A stretch of 64,000 nt of DNA from the NCBI GenBank assembly GCA_934122395.1, contig CAKOWQ010000003.1, positions 186,299-250,298 on the forward strand, given 5' to 3'. Shown here in pieces: positions 16,763 through 25,757 of this stretch. A program made the position numbers and the translations under genes. The notes under the pieces were generated by a model that saw only the letters and a program-made list of their open reading frames with translations, was not told where the DNA came from and ran no database searches. The number at the start of each line of letters is the position of its first letter. The first letter of the stretch is position 1. Origin of the DNA: an uncultured Bacilli bacterium. GTDB lineage: Bacteria; Bacillota_I; Bacilli_A; RF39; UBA660.

Positions 16763-17686
16763 ATGCATGTTAGTGTTTTACTTGAAGAAGCAATCCAAGG
16801 TCTTAATTTGAAAGATGACGGTATCTACGTTGATTGTACATTAGGATATGCTGGACATTCCAGCGAAATTTTAAAGCGAGTAAGAAGGGGTTGTCTTTTC
16901 GCCTTTGACCAAGATAGTGATGCTATTAAGTATAGTAGGGAAAAGCTATCAAAGATAGGAGACAATTTTACTATTATATATAGTAACTTTGTTAATATTA
17001 AAGAAGAATTATTAAAAAGAGATGTCACTAAAGTAGATGGTATTTTATTTGATTTAGGTGTTTCATCAGTCCAATTAGATGAAGCAGATAGAGGCTTTAG
17101 TTATCATCAAGATGCACACTTAGATATGCGTATGGATAGAAATCAAACGTTATCTGCATATGGAGTTGTAAATAATTATGAAGAAACTAAATTAAGAGAT
17201 ATATTCTTTAAATATGGAGAAGAGAAATATTCTTCAAGCATTGCAAGAGCAATAGTAAAATATCGTGAAAACAAAAAAATAGAGACGACACTTGAATTAG
17301 TAGAAATAATTAAAAGTGCTATGCCTATGAAAGCCAAAAGAGATAAACATCCGGCTAGAAAAGTTTTCCAAGCAATAAGAATAGAAGTTAATCATGAGTT
17401 AGATATTTTGGATAAAGCAATTCGTGATTCACTTAGTCTATTAGATATAAATGGACGTCTTGCAATAATTACTTTCCATTCATTAGAAGATAGAATAGTA
17501 AAAAATATATTTAAAGAAGTTACACATATAGATGAAAGAGTAAAAGGACTGCCAAATATTCCGGAAGAATATTTAAGCAATTTTAAATTAGTAAATAACA
17601 AAGCAATAATTCCTAGTGATGCGGAACTTGATAATAATAATAGATCAAGAAGTGCTAAATTAAGAATAATAGAAAGAATAAGATAG
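16763..17686 (+). CDS. rsmH: 16S rRNA m4C1402 methyltransferase RsmH
   Basis: HVSVLLEE..YVDCTLGYAGHS..DLGVSSVQLD..RGFSY family motifs; position after mraZ. Confidence 0.95.
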   Translation: MHVSVLLEEAIQGLNLKDDGIYVDCTLGYAGHSSEILKRVRRGCLFAFDQDSDAIKYSREKLSKIGDNFTIIYSNFVNIKEELLKRDVTKVDGILFDLGVSSVQLDEADRGFSYHQDAHLDMRMDRNQTLSAYGVVNNYEETKLRDIFFKYGEEKYSSSIARAIVKYRENKKIETTLELVEIIKSAMPMKAKRDKHPARKVFQAIRIEVNHELDILDKAIRDSLSLLDINGRLAIITFHSLEDRIVKNIFKEVTHIDERVKGLPNIPEEYLSNFKLVNNKAIIPSDAELDNNNRSRSAKLRIIERIR

Positions 17687-17696
17687 GGTTGATAAC

Positions 17697-18008
17697 ATGA
17701 AAAAGAAAAAACGTATGAAAAAGATAGTTAGAATGGGAAAGTTTGAGAGACTTTTATATACTTTTACTATTGTCTTATTAGTAATTACACCTTTTGCTGT
17801 CGTTTTTTCTCAAGCAACTTTATCTAAGGTAAACTTCGATGTTGAAAAAGTAAAAAAGCAAATATCAACTCAAGAGAAGAAGAATGAATCTCTTGCTATG
17901 AAAGTTAATGAACTTGCTTCTCTTGATAATATTAAGACTGTTGCTGAGCAACAGGGATTGAGTTATAATAATAATAATATTAAATCAATTATTTCAAGTG
18001 ATGAATGA
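17697..18008 (+). CDS. ftsL: Cell division protein FtsL-like (single TM plus coiled coil)
   Basis: 103 aa, basic N-terminus, one TM, coiled-coil tail; canonical position between rsmH and the PBP gene. Confidence 0.75.
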   Translation: MKKKKRMKKIVRMGKFERLLYTFTIVLLVITPFAVVFSQATLSKVNFDVEKVKKQISTQEKKNESLAMKVNELASLDNIKTVAEQQGLSYNNNNIKSIISSDE

Positions 18009-18021
18009 TAGGTGAAAAAGT

Positions 18022-20163
18022 ATGAAGAAAAAGCTAGAAAATAATAATGTTAGAATAAGTTTATTCTTAGTTGTTATTGCTCTAGTTTTTTTTGTTTTGA
18101 TTATTGCAAGAACTGCTCAACTTGCTTTATCTAAGAAGATAGATGGAATTGATATACAGGAATTTGCTAGTAGTAGAACTACTAAAAATGAAATATTAAA
18201 GGGTAAAAGAGGTACTATTTATGATAAGAATGGAACTGCTCTTGCACAAAATGTTTCATCTTATACTTTAATAGCTTATTTATCATCATCTAGAACTACT
18301 GATATAAAACATCCTAAACATGTAGTTGATAAAGAATATACAGCAGAAATGTTGTCAACAGTACTTGATTTAAGTAAAGAACAATTATTACAGTATTTAT
18401 CGAAAGAAAATGTATATCAGACAGAGTTTGGTAGTAAGGGAAGAGGGTTAACTGAACTTACTAAAGATGCTATTCTAGCTTTAGGACTTCCTGGAATTGA
18501 TTTTATTGAAACACAAAAAAGATATTATCCTTATGGAGATTTTGCATCATATACTTTAGGTTATGCTAAAACTGAAATAACTGAAAAAGATGATGGAAGT
18601 AGTTCTGAAGCAATAGTAGGTGAAATGGGAATTGAAAAACAATTTGATGAAGAGTTAAAAGGAGAAGATGGTTATACTTTCTATCAAAAAGATAGAGCTG
18701 GTTATAAAATTGCTGGCACTAAAGAAGTAACGGTACCGGCTAAAGATGGTAAAGATGTATATTTAACGATCGATTCAAATATTCAATTGTTCCTGGAACG
18801 TGCTCTTGATAAGGCTGATTGGTATAATTTTGAATGGTCTACTATTCTAGTGGCAGATGCTAAGTCTGGTGCTATTCTAGCTTCATCTTCTAATCCGTCA
18901 TTTGATCCTAATTTAAGAAATATGACTAATTATATTAACTATAATACTAGTTATGCATATGAGCCAGGATCTACTATGAAAATATTCTCTTATATGGCAA
19001 CTATGGAAAATGGAAACTATAATGGTAGTGATACATATAAATCAGGTGTTTATGTAACAAAAGATGGTACTGAAATAGGCGATCATAATCGTAATGGTTG
19101 GGGAGAAATAACTTTTGATTATGGATTTACTTTATCTAGTAACGTAGCAGTTATTAACCTTATTAATAGATACATTAGTGGTGCAATATTAAAAACATAT
19201 TATAATAAACTTGGTTTTGGTTCTAAAACAGGAATAGAGCTACCAAATGAAGTTACAGGAAAAGTAGCTTTTAAATATGAAACGGAAATACTTAATGCTG
19301 GTTTTGGACAAGGGATTACTACAACTCCTATTCAAAATATTAAGGCACTTACTTCACTTACTAATAATGGAGTATTAATGCAACCATATATTGTTGATAA
19401 GATAGTTGATCCTGATACTAATGAAGTAGTATATCAAGGTGGTAAAAAAGAGCTTGATAAAGTTGCTAGTAAAGAGACTGTTGCTAAAATGAAAAATTTA
19501 ATGCGAACCGTTATAGAAGATCCTATGGGAACAGGTCATGGTTATTATATGGAAGGTTATGATTTAATAGCTAAAACAGGTACTGCACAGGTTGCTGATA
19601 AAAGTGGTTATGGTGGTAGTGTTATTCGTGGCTTTGCAGGACTATATCCAGGAAATGACCCTAGTATCATAATATATTATGCATCTAAAGATAATGGTTT
19701 AGGTGGTTTATATGCTATGAGAACAGTTATCAAGGATCTAATTGCAAATGTCAGTAAATATTTAGAACTAGATGGTAATAGTGTAGATAATACTACAGCT
19801 TTAAAGAATTATACAATGCCTTCTTTTATAAATAAAAATACTGTTGATGTTACAAATAAATTAACTAGTGAAGGATTAACTTATATAGTTATTGGTAATG
19901 GTAATAAAATAGTTAAACAATATCCAAGTGTTGATACTAAAGTATCTGAATTAGATAAAATTTTCTTAGTTACTAATGATAGTAATCTTGTTATGCCAAA
20001 TGTAATAGGTTATAGTATAAATGATGCTAAAGTTTTATTAAATCTATTAGGTATTAATCATTCTATAACTGGAAACGGTTATATAACTTCTCAAAGTATT
20101 GCATCAGGTGTAATTATAAAAAAAGAAGATATAGTCTCTTTAGAAGCTAATCCTAAGTTTTAA
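18022..20163 (+). CDS. pbpB: Class B penicillin-binding protein (division transpeptidase, PBP2B/FtsI-type) with two C-terminal PASTA domains
   Basis: GSTMK (SxxK), LSSN (SxN), KTGTA (KTG); dimerisation domain; tandem PASTA-like C-terminus. Confidence 0.9.
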   Translation: MKKKLENNNVRISLFLVVIALVFFVLIIARTAQLALSKKIDGIDIQEFASSRTTKNEILKGKRGTIYDKNGTALAQNVSSYTLIAYLSSSRTTDIKHPKHVVDKEYTAEMLSTVLDLSKEQLLQYLSKENVYQTEFGSKGRGLTELTKDAILALGLPGIDFIETQKRYYPYGDFASYTLGYAKTEITEKDDGSSSEAIVGEMGIEKQFDEELKGEDGYTFYQKDRAGYKIAGTKEVTVPAKDGKDVYLTIDSNIQLFLERALDKADWYNFEWSTILVADAKSGAILASSSNPSFDPNLRNMTNYINYNTSYAYEPGSTMKIFSYMATMENGNYNGSDTYKSGVYVTKDGTEIGDHNRNGWGEITFDYGFTLSSNVAVINLINRYISGAILKTYYNKLGFGSKTGIELPNEVTGKVAFKYETEILNAGFGQGITTTPIQNIKALTSLTNNGVLMQPYIVDKIVDPDTNEVVYQGGKKELDKVASKETVAKMKNLMRTVIEDPMGTGHGYYMEGYDLIAKTGTAQVADKSGYGGSVIRGFAGLYPGNDPSIIIYYASKDNGLGGLYAMRTVIKDLIANVSKYLELDGNSVDNTTALKNYTMPSFINKNTVDVTNKLTSEGLTYIVIGNGNKIVKQYPSVDTKVSELDKIFLVTNDSNLVMPNVIGYSINDAKVLLNLLGINHSITGNGYITSQSIASGVIIKKEDIVSLEANPKF

Positions 20164-20174
20164 TTAATAAAATT

Positions 20175-20204
20175 ATACAAGACTTTAAGTCTTGTATTTT
20201 TATT
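20175..20204 (+). terminator. Intrinsic terminator ending the mraZ-PBP unit
   Basis: ATACAAGACTT/AAGTCTTGTAT hairpin followed by a T-run. Confidence 0.8.
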
Positions 20205-20246
20205 TTGTATTTTGTGATACAATATACCTATCAATTGAGGTGAATT

Positions 20247-21119
20247 ATGAAAATAGCAGTTGTTCCTAGTAGTAATAAAGAAATAGATAAATATACAAGT
20301 CCTTTAGTTAGTGCTATAATATTTGGACTAAAAGATTTTTCGGTTAATTATCCAGAATTAGGTCTAGAAGAAATAAAGAATTTTTCTCTTAAAAACAAAG
20401 ATATTGATATATTTGTAAGTATTAATAAAACTATTTTTAATGAAGACTTAGAAAGTGTTGAAAAGTATTTAATTGAATTAGATAAATTATCTATAAAAGG
20501 TGTTTTATTTTATGATTTAGGTATTTTAAATATTTATAAACGTCATAAATTTAAGTATTCTTTAGTTTGGCATCAAACTCATATGGTAACAAATTATAAT
20601 ACATGTAATTACTATTATAATGAAGGAGTTCAATATGGAGTGATTGCAGGAGAAATAACTAAGGATGAGATAATAGAAATAAAAAATAAAACTAAGATGA
20701 AGTTATTTGTTACTTTAATAGCTCGTCCTATTATGGCACATTCTAGAAGAAAACTGTTATCTAATTATTACAAGAGTATTGATAAGAATTATGATGGAGA
20801 GATTAAAACTATAAAAGAAGGCTTACATGATTATTTGATTAAAGAAGATAAGAATGGTACTTGTATATTAGAAGATAAAATAGTAAATGGTCTTACATAT
20901 ATAAACGAATTTAATGATAATAAAATAGAATATGGAATAATTAATGGCATGGAATTAGGAGACAAACTGCTATTAGAATTAATTCCACTAGTAAATGAAG
21001 TATTAAATAATAACGATAAAAAAAGTTTAGAAAAAATAATAAAGTTAATTGGTAATAATACTTTATTCTTTGATAAGAAAACGGTGTTTAAGGTGAAGAA
21101 AGATGAAAAAAAGAATTGA
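20247..21119 (+). CDS. Peptidase U32 family protein, YrrN/TrhP1-like
   Basis: 290-aa protein with no motif I could verify by eye; call rests on being paired with and overlapping the YrrO-like U32 gene downstream, as in B. subtilis yrrN-yrrO. Confidence 0.6.
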   Translation: MKIAVVPSSNKEIDKYTSPLVSAIIFGLKDFSVNYPELGLEEIKNFSLKNKDIDIFVSINKTIFNEDLESVEKYLIELDKLSIKGVLFYDLGILNIYKRHKFKYSLVWHQTHMVTNYNTCNYYYNEGVQYGVIAGEITKDEIIEIKNKTKMKLFVTLIARPIMAHSRRKLLSNYYKSIDKNYDGEIKTIKEGLHDYLIKEDKNGTCILEDKIVNGLTYINEFNDNKIEYGIINGMELGDKLLLELIPLVNEVLNNNDKKSLEKIIKLIGNNTLFFDKKTVFKVKKDEKKN

Positions 21120-22287
21120 GTTATTATCTCCAGCAGGAGATTTAGAAAGATTAAAAGTAACTTTATTATATGGAGCTGATGCTGTATATATCGGGGGACA
21201 ACATTATAGCCTAAGAGCTAATGCTAGTAATTTTTCGATTGATGAGATAAAAGAAGCATGTGATTTTGCACACTCTTTAGGTAAAAAAGTTTATTTAACT
21301 CTTAATATTGTTTTTCATAACGAAGATATTAAGGGCGTAGAAGATTATATTAAAGATGTAGCGAATGCTGGAATAGATGCCTTTATTGTAAGTGATCCTT
21401 TTATTATTAAATATATTAAAACAAATTTTCCTAGTGTTGAGGTTCATTTAAGTACACAAAATTCTACTTCTAATATAGAAGCAGTTAAATATTTTAAGGA
21501 TCAGGGAATAGATAGAGTAGTTTTAGCTCGTGAGTTATCTTTATGTGAAATAGAAAAAATAATTTTAGCAACAGGTATGGATATAGAAGTATTTATACAT
21601 GGCGCTATGTGTACTTTTTATAGTGGTAGATGTACTTTATCTAATTATTTGACTAATAGGGACTCTAATAGAGGAGGATGTAGTCAGGTATGTCGTTTTG
21701 CATTTAATATTGAAAATGAAGATAAAAAGTTTACTATGGCTACTAAAGATTTAAATGCAGTAAGATATATTAGTAAATTAATTGATATTGGAGTAGCATC
21801 TCTTAAAGTTGAAGGTAGAATGCGTTCGTTATATTATTTAGCTACTGTAATTGGATGTTATAGAAAAACTATTGATAGTTATTATGATGGCGTTTTAACT
21901 AACGAAGAATTAAATTATCAAGAACTCATTTTATCAAGAGTTGCTAATAGAGAAACTTCAGCACATTATTTGTACCATTTAGCAGATGATACTGATCAGT
22001 ATTACACTGGAAGACAAGAAATATCTAATCAAGATTTTTTAGGATTAGTATTGGATTATGATAAGAAAACTAAAATAGTAACTTTAACTGAACGAAATTA
22101 TTTTAGTAAAGGAGATTTGGTTCAATTATTTACTCCTAGTGGTAGTACATATTCTTTTGTGATTGATAAAATGTATAATGAAAAAATGGAAGAAATAGAT
22201 GTTGCAAGGCATCCTGAAGAAATTATTAAAATAGTAGTAGATGGTGATGACATTTGTCCTTATTCAATGTTAAGAAAGAAGGTTTAA
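21103..22287 (+). CDS. Peptidase U32 family protein, YrrO/TrhP2-like (prephenate-dependent tRNA ho5U34 pathway family)
   Basis: N-terminal IELLSPAGDLERLKVTLLYGADAVYIGG; Cys cluster CTFYSGRCTLS..GGCSQVC typical of U32. Confidence 0.8.
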   Translation: MKKRIELLSPAGDLERLKVTLLYGADAVYIGGQHYSLRANASNFSIDEIKEACDFAHSLGKKVYLTLNIVFHNEDIKGVEDYIKDVANAGIDAFIVSDPFIIKYIKTNFPSVEVHLSTQNSTSNIEAVKYFKDQGIDRVVLARELSLCEIEKIILATGMDIEVFIHGAMCTFYSGRCTLSNYLTNRDSNRGGCSQVCRFAFNIENEDKKFTMATKDLNAVRYISKLIDIGVASLKVEGRMRSLYYLATVIGCYRKTIDSYYDGVLTNEELNYQELILSRVANRETSAHYLYHLADDTDQYYTGRQEISNQDFLGLVLDYDKKTKIVTLTERNYFSKGDLVQLFTPSGSTYSFVIDKMYNEKMEEIDVARHPEEIIKIVVDGDDICPYSMLRKKV

Positions 22288-22289
22288 TA

Positions 22290-23423
22290 ATGGATTTAGA
22301 AAAAATTAAAAAGGAAATATTAAAAAGAGAAGATAATTTATCTAGTTATGCTACTCATAGTAGTAGTGCTATTAGACTAAAAGATGAAGAAGTAGATATT
22401 AGACCAGCTTTTTTTAGAGATGTCGATAGAATTATTCATAATATTTCTTATACAAGATATATTGATAAAACCCAAGTCTTTTCGTTCCGCGATAATGATC
22501 ACATATCTCATCGCGTTGTCCATGTACAATTAGTTAGTAAGATTGCCAGAACCATTGGTAGATGTTTAGGATTAAATGAAGACTTGATTGAAGCAATAGC
22601 ATTAGGTCATGATATTGGACATGTTCCTATCGGACATATTGGAGAATCTATCCTAAATGAGATTTCTAAAAAAGAGTTAAATGAATATTTTATGCATAAT
22701 GTTCAAAGTGTAAGAACATATATGAACATTGATAATAATGGAAATGGTGAGAATCTAACAGTTCAAGTGTTAGATGGAATATTATGTCATAATGGGGAAG
22801 TATTGAATAATATTTATGAACCTATTTTTACTAAAACTAAAGAGGATTTTTTAAAAGAATATAATGATTGTTATACAGTATTAGAAACATCTAAAAAAAT
22901 ACGTCCAATGACTCTTGAGGGGTGTGTTGTACGTATATCTGATGTTATCGCTTATATAGGAAGAGATGTTGAAGATGCTATTCAATTAGGAGTAATAAAT
23001 AGAAGTGATATTCCAGAAGATGTTACTAAAGTTTTAGGTAATAATAATAGAGAAATAGTTAATAATATTATTTTAGATATAATAGAAAACAGTTATGGTA
23101 AGCCTTATATTAAATTAAGTGAATCTATTTATGAAGCTATCGATAAATTAAAAGATTTTAACTATAAGAATATATATGCTAAAGCCAATGATGAGACTAC
23201 TTTAAAGTACTATAAAAAAGCTTTTAATATTTTATATAGTAAATATTTAAGTGATTTAGAATATACTAAAAAAGATAGTGAAATTTATACTTTATTTATT
23301 GATAATATGAGTGGTGATTATATTAGTAACACTTCAAATAAAAGAATAGTTATAGACTTTATTGCAGGTATGACAGATAATTTCTTTATTAAATGTTATG
23401 AAAATATAGAAAAGGCGTGTTAA
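22290..23423 (+). CDS. HD-domain dNTP triphosphohydrolase-like protein (dGTPase family)
   Basis: HRVVHVQLVS...ALGHDIGHVPIGHIGE; start set at ATG 22290 (AAGAAGG SD). Confidence 0.8.
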   Translation: MDLEKIKKEILKREDNLSSYATHSSSAIRLKDEEVDIRPAFFRDVDRIIHNISYTRYIDKTQVFSFRDNDHISHRVVHVQLVSKIARTIGRCLGLNEDLIEAIALGHDIGHVPIGHIGESILNEISKKELNEYFMHNVQSVRTYMNIDNNGNGENLTVQVLDGILCHNGEVLNNIYEPIFTKTKEDFLKEYNDCYTVLETSKKIRPMTLEGCVVRISDVIAYIGRDVEDAIQLGVINRSDIPEDVTKVLGNNNREIVNNIILDIIENSYGKPYIKLSESIYEAIDKLKDFNYKNIYAKANDETTLKYYKKAFNILYSKYLSDLEYTKKDSEIYTLFIDNMSGDYISNTSNKRIVIDFIAGMTDNFFIKCYENIEKAC

Positions 23424-23433
23424 CAAAAAGAAC

Positions 23434-23462
23434 TTGACAAATATCAAAGCTTGTAGTATCAT
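23434..23462 (+). promoter_or_regulatory. greA promoter
   Basis: TTGACA, 17-nt spacer, TATCAT. Confidence 0.5.
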
Positions 23463-23490
23463 TTTAAAGTATATAAAAAGAGGTGATATT

Positions 23491-23961
23491 ATGAGCGAAA
23501 AGAAAATATATTTGACTGAAGAAGGTTACCGCGATTTAAAGAAAGAATTAGATGAATTGATAAATGTTAAACGACCTGAAAATATTCAAGCTATAAAAGA
23601 AGCAAGAGCATTAGGTGATTTATCTGAAAATGCTGACTATGATGCAGCTAAAAACGATCAAGCTGAAATTGAAGGACGTATTAAAAGAATAGAAAAAATG
23701 TTAGAAAACGTTGAAATAATTGAGAAAAAGAGTAGCGATGTAGTAGCACTTGGTTCAACAGTAAGCATTAAATATTGTGATGATGAAGATGAAACTGATG
23801 AATATGAAATAGTTGGAAGTCAAGAAGCAGATCCATTTGTAAGTAAGATTTCTAATGAGAGCCCTATTGCTAAAGCTATCATGAATAAAAAAGTAGGGGA
23901 CGTTGTTGAGGTTGAAAGCCCAAATGGCGTTTATAAAATAGAAATTACTGCTATAAAATAG
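23491..23961 (+). CDS. greA: Transcription elongation factor GreA
   Basis: LTEEGYRDLKKELDEL...ARALGDLSENADYDAAK; start at ATG 23491 after AGAGGTGA. Confidence 0.95.
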   Translation: MSEKKIYLTEEGYRDLKKELDELINVKRPENIQAIKEARALGDLSENADYDAAKNDQAEIEGRIKRIEKMLENVEIIEKKSSDVVALGSTVSIKYCDDEDETDEYEIVGSQEADPFVSKISNESPIAKAIMNKKVGDVVEVESPNGVYKIEITAIK

Positions 23962-23968
23962 TGTAAAC

Positions 23969-23996
23969 AAAAGTGTCATTTTGACACTTTTTTATT
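23969..23996 (+). terminator. Intrinsic terminator
   Basis: AAAGTGTCA-TTT-TGACACTTT followed by a T-run. Confidence 0.8.
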
Positions 23997-24056
23997 TTTG
24001 ATATCTTTACATTTTGCCTATATATGTTATGCTTTATATATAATAAGGAGGATGAA

Positions 24057-24719
24057 ATGAAGAAGTTTAAATTAATTAGTATTGTATTAGCATTTATAGT
24101 ATTTGTTACTATGCCAGTTGTATATGCTCATGAAGTTGAATTAAGTAGTGATATTATTACTATTCCTACTACTAGCGAGTCTGCAATATGGAAAGGTACT
24201 AAAGTTCAAATTGCCAGTAGTTATGGAGAATATAATTTTTATTATCAATATGTAGTAATAACGGACGAACAATATAAAAATTATATAGGAATAAAAGAAG
24301 AACAAAAGAAATATGAAGCGGAGCATAAACCAGTAGCAGGTGCAACTAAAGAAGAACAAAATGCATATGAAGAAGAAATGAAAAACTATGAAAAATCAAA
24401 AGAAGGTATTTTACCATCATATGATGATAAAAAATGGATTGCATCTAGTGATAATACTGTACCAATAGATGAAGAAAAAAATACAGAACCTGCTAAATAT
24501 GTTTTATGGGTAAAAGTTGAAAGTAAAACAGGAACAGATAAAAATGCTAAATACAACGATTTAGTAGTTGTATATAACCCTACTACTAAGAGTGATGATA
24601 ATAGTAAAAGTGAAGAGGAAGCTAATCCAAGTACTAGTGATAATATAATACTATTTGCAGCAGGTGCAGCATTAATTGCTGGTGTTATGGTTGTAAGTTT
24701 TAAAAAATCAAGAGCTTAA
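24057..24719 (+). CDS. Secreted Lys/Glu-rich surface protein with C-terminal NPSTSDN + TM + basic tail
   Basis: Signal MKKFKLISIVLAFIVFVTMPVVYA; C-terminus EEANPSTSDNIILFAAGAALIAGVMVVSFKKSRA; start at ATG 24057 after AAGGAGG. Confidence 0.7.
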   Translation: MKKFKLISIVLAFIVFVTMPVVYAHEVELSSDIITIPTTSESAIWKGTKVQIASSYGEYNFYYQYVVITDEQYKNYIGIKEEQKKYEAEHKPVAGATKEEQNAYEEEMKNYEKSKEGILPSYDDKKWIASSDNTVPIDEEKNTEPAKYVLWVKVESKTGTDKNAKYNDLVVVYNPTTKSDDNSKSEEEANPSTSDNIILFAAGAALIAGVMVVSFKKSRA

Positions 24720-24725
24720 AATAAA

Positions 24726-24756
24726 ATAAAGTAGCAAAAGCTACTTTATTTTTTTG
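24726..24756. terminator. Hairpin plus T-run between convergent genes
   Basis: ATAAAGTAGC-AAAA-GCTACTTTAT followed by T-run. Confidence 0.7.
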
Positions 24757-24865
24757 TATAAAACATGATACCAGTTAACAGGATAAGGATTAATAATATT
24801 AAAAACATAATTAACAAATTAAATGTATCAGGAGTAATTGCTCCTGGATTTAATGCTACAAACAT
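24746..24865 (-). CDS. 39-aa mini-ORF (not in the ORF track): short polar head + PxTF motif + TM helix + KK tail
   Basis: Hand translation gives MFVALNPGAITPDTFNLLIMFLILLILILLTGIMFYTKK; its ATG directly abuts the CPBP stop (TAAATG); no SD of its own. Confidence 0.4.
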   Translation of the reverse strand: MFVALNPGAITPDTFNLLIMFLILLILILLTGIMFYTKK

Positions 24866-25534
24866 TTATAGTACTACTAATGCTAGTAAAATTAAATTAT
24901 AAATAACTCGTGCTATTATGTTTAATATAATATTATTGGTTTTGCTATATAGAAAAGATAAAAATAGTCCCACTAAATAGTAAGAAATAAAGAAAATATT
25001 TAGATTATTATATATCAAGTAAAATATTCCAATTAATATACTAGACACTAATATAAAGACTATATCATTGTTAAATGCTTTTCTTAAATTTTGTCTAAAT
25101 ATTAATTCTTCTATTATTGGTGAATATAGTATTAAGTAAAAACAAGATATAATAAAATTTTTACTGATACTATGTGTGATCGTTAAATCATTATTAGGAA
25201 TATTTATTTTTCTAGTAATTATAAAACTTAATATATTTACTGATAACATAATAAAGAATATTGCAAGGATAGATATTAGTATAATAATACTAGATTTTTT
25301 CTTATCTTTTATAGTTCTATCGATGCTTTTATCAATATCTTTTTTATAAACTAAATATATAATAAAAATATACAATGAATTTAGTATTATCTCATATACT
25401 GATATTAATTTATTATTATGAATACTTAATAGATTAAGAGGAACCTGTATAAAAGTAGACCATAATAAGTAACTAATAATAATTCCTAATGAAATAATAA
25501 ATTCTTTTCCATTTTTTTTATTTTTTAGTATCAC
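24866..25534 (-). CDS. CPBP-family (CAAX/Abi) intramembrane protease homolog lacking both conserved His residues
   Basis: Motif 1 SPIIEELIFRQNL present; the FxxxH position reads GIFYLIY and the HxxxN position reads ARVIYN; polytopic; GTG start without a clear SD. Confidence 0.75.
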   Translation of the reverse strand: MILKNKKNGKEFIISLGIIISYLLWSTFIQVPLNLLSIHNNKLISVYEIILNSLYIFIIYLVYKKDIDKSIDRTIKDKKKSSIIILISILAIFFIMLSVNILSFIITRKINIPNNDLTITHSISKNFIISCFYLILYSPIIEELIFRQNLRKAFNNDIVFILVSSILIGIFYLIYNNLNIFFISYYLVGLFLSFLYSKTNNIILNIIARVIYNLILLALVVL

Positions 25535-25757
25535 TTTTATACCTAGATTCTAATAGAAATATAGAAATTGTTTTAACCATTTTAAAAAACTTTTCATTAG
25601 GCCTCCTTTATCCTTATAGAAAGTTAACAAACAAGTAACTTTCTATTTTTAATTTTACCATAGAAAAGGTAAAAGTCAACATTTTGTTAACTTCGGCGTT
25701 GCTTATTGCAAGTAATCGAATAAAGTGTTATTATATAGGAACAAATCGGGGGATTTT

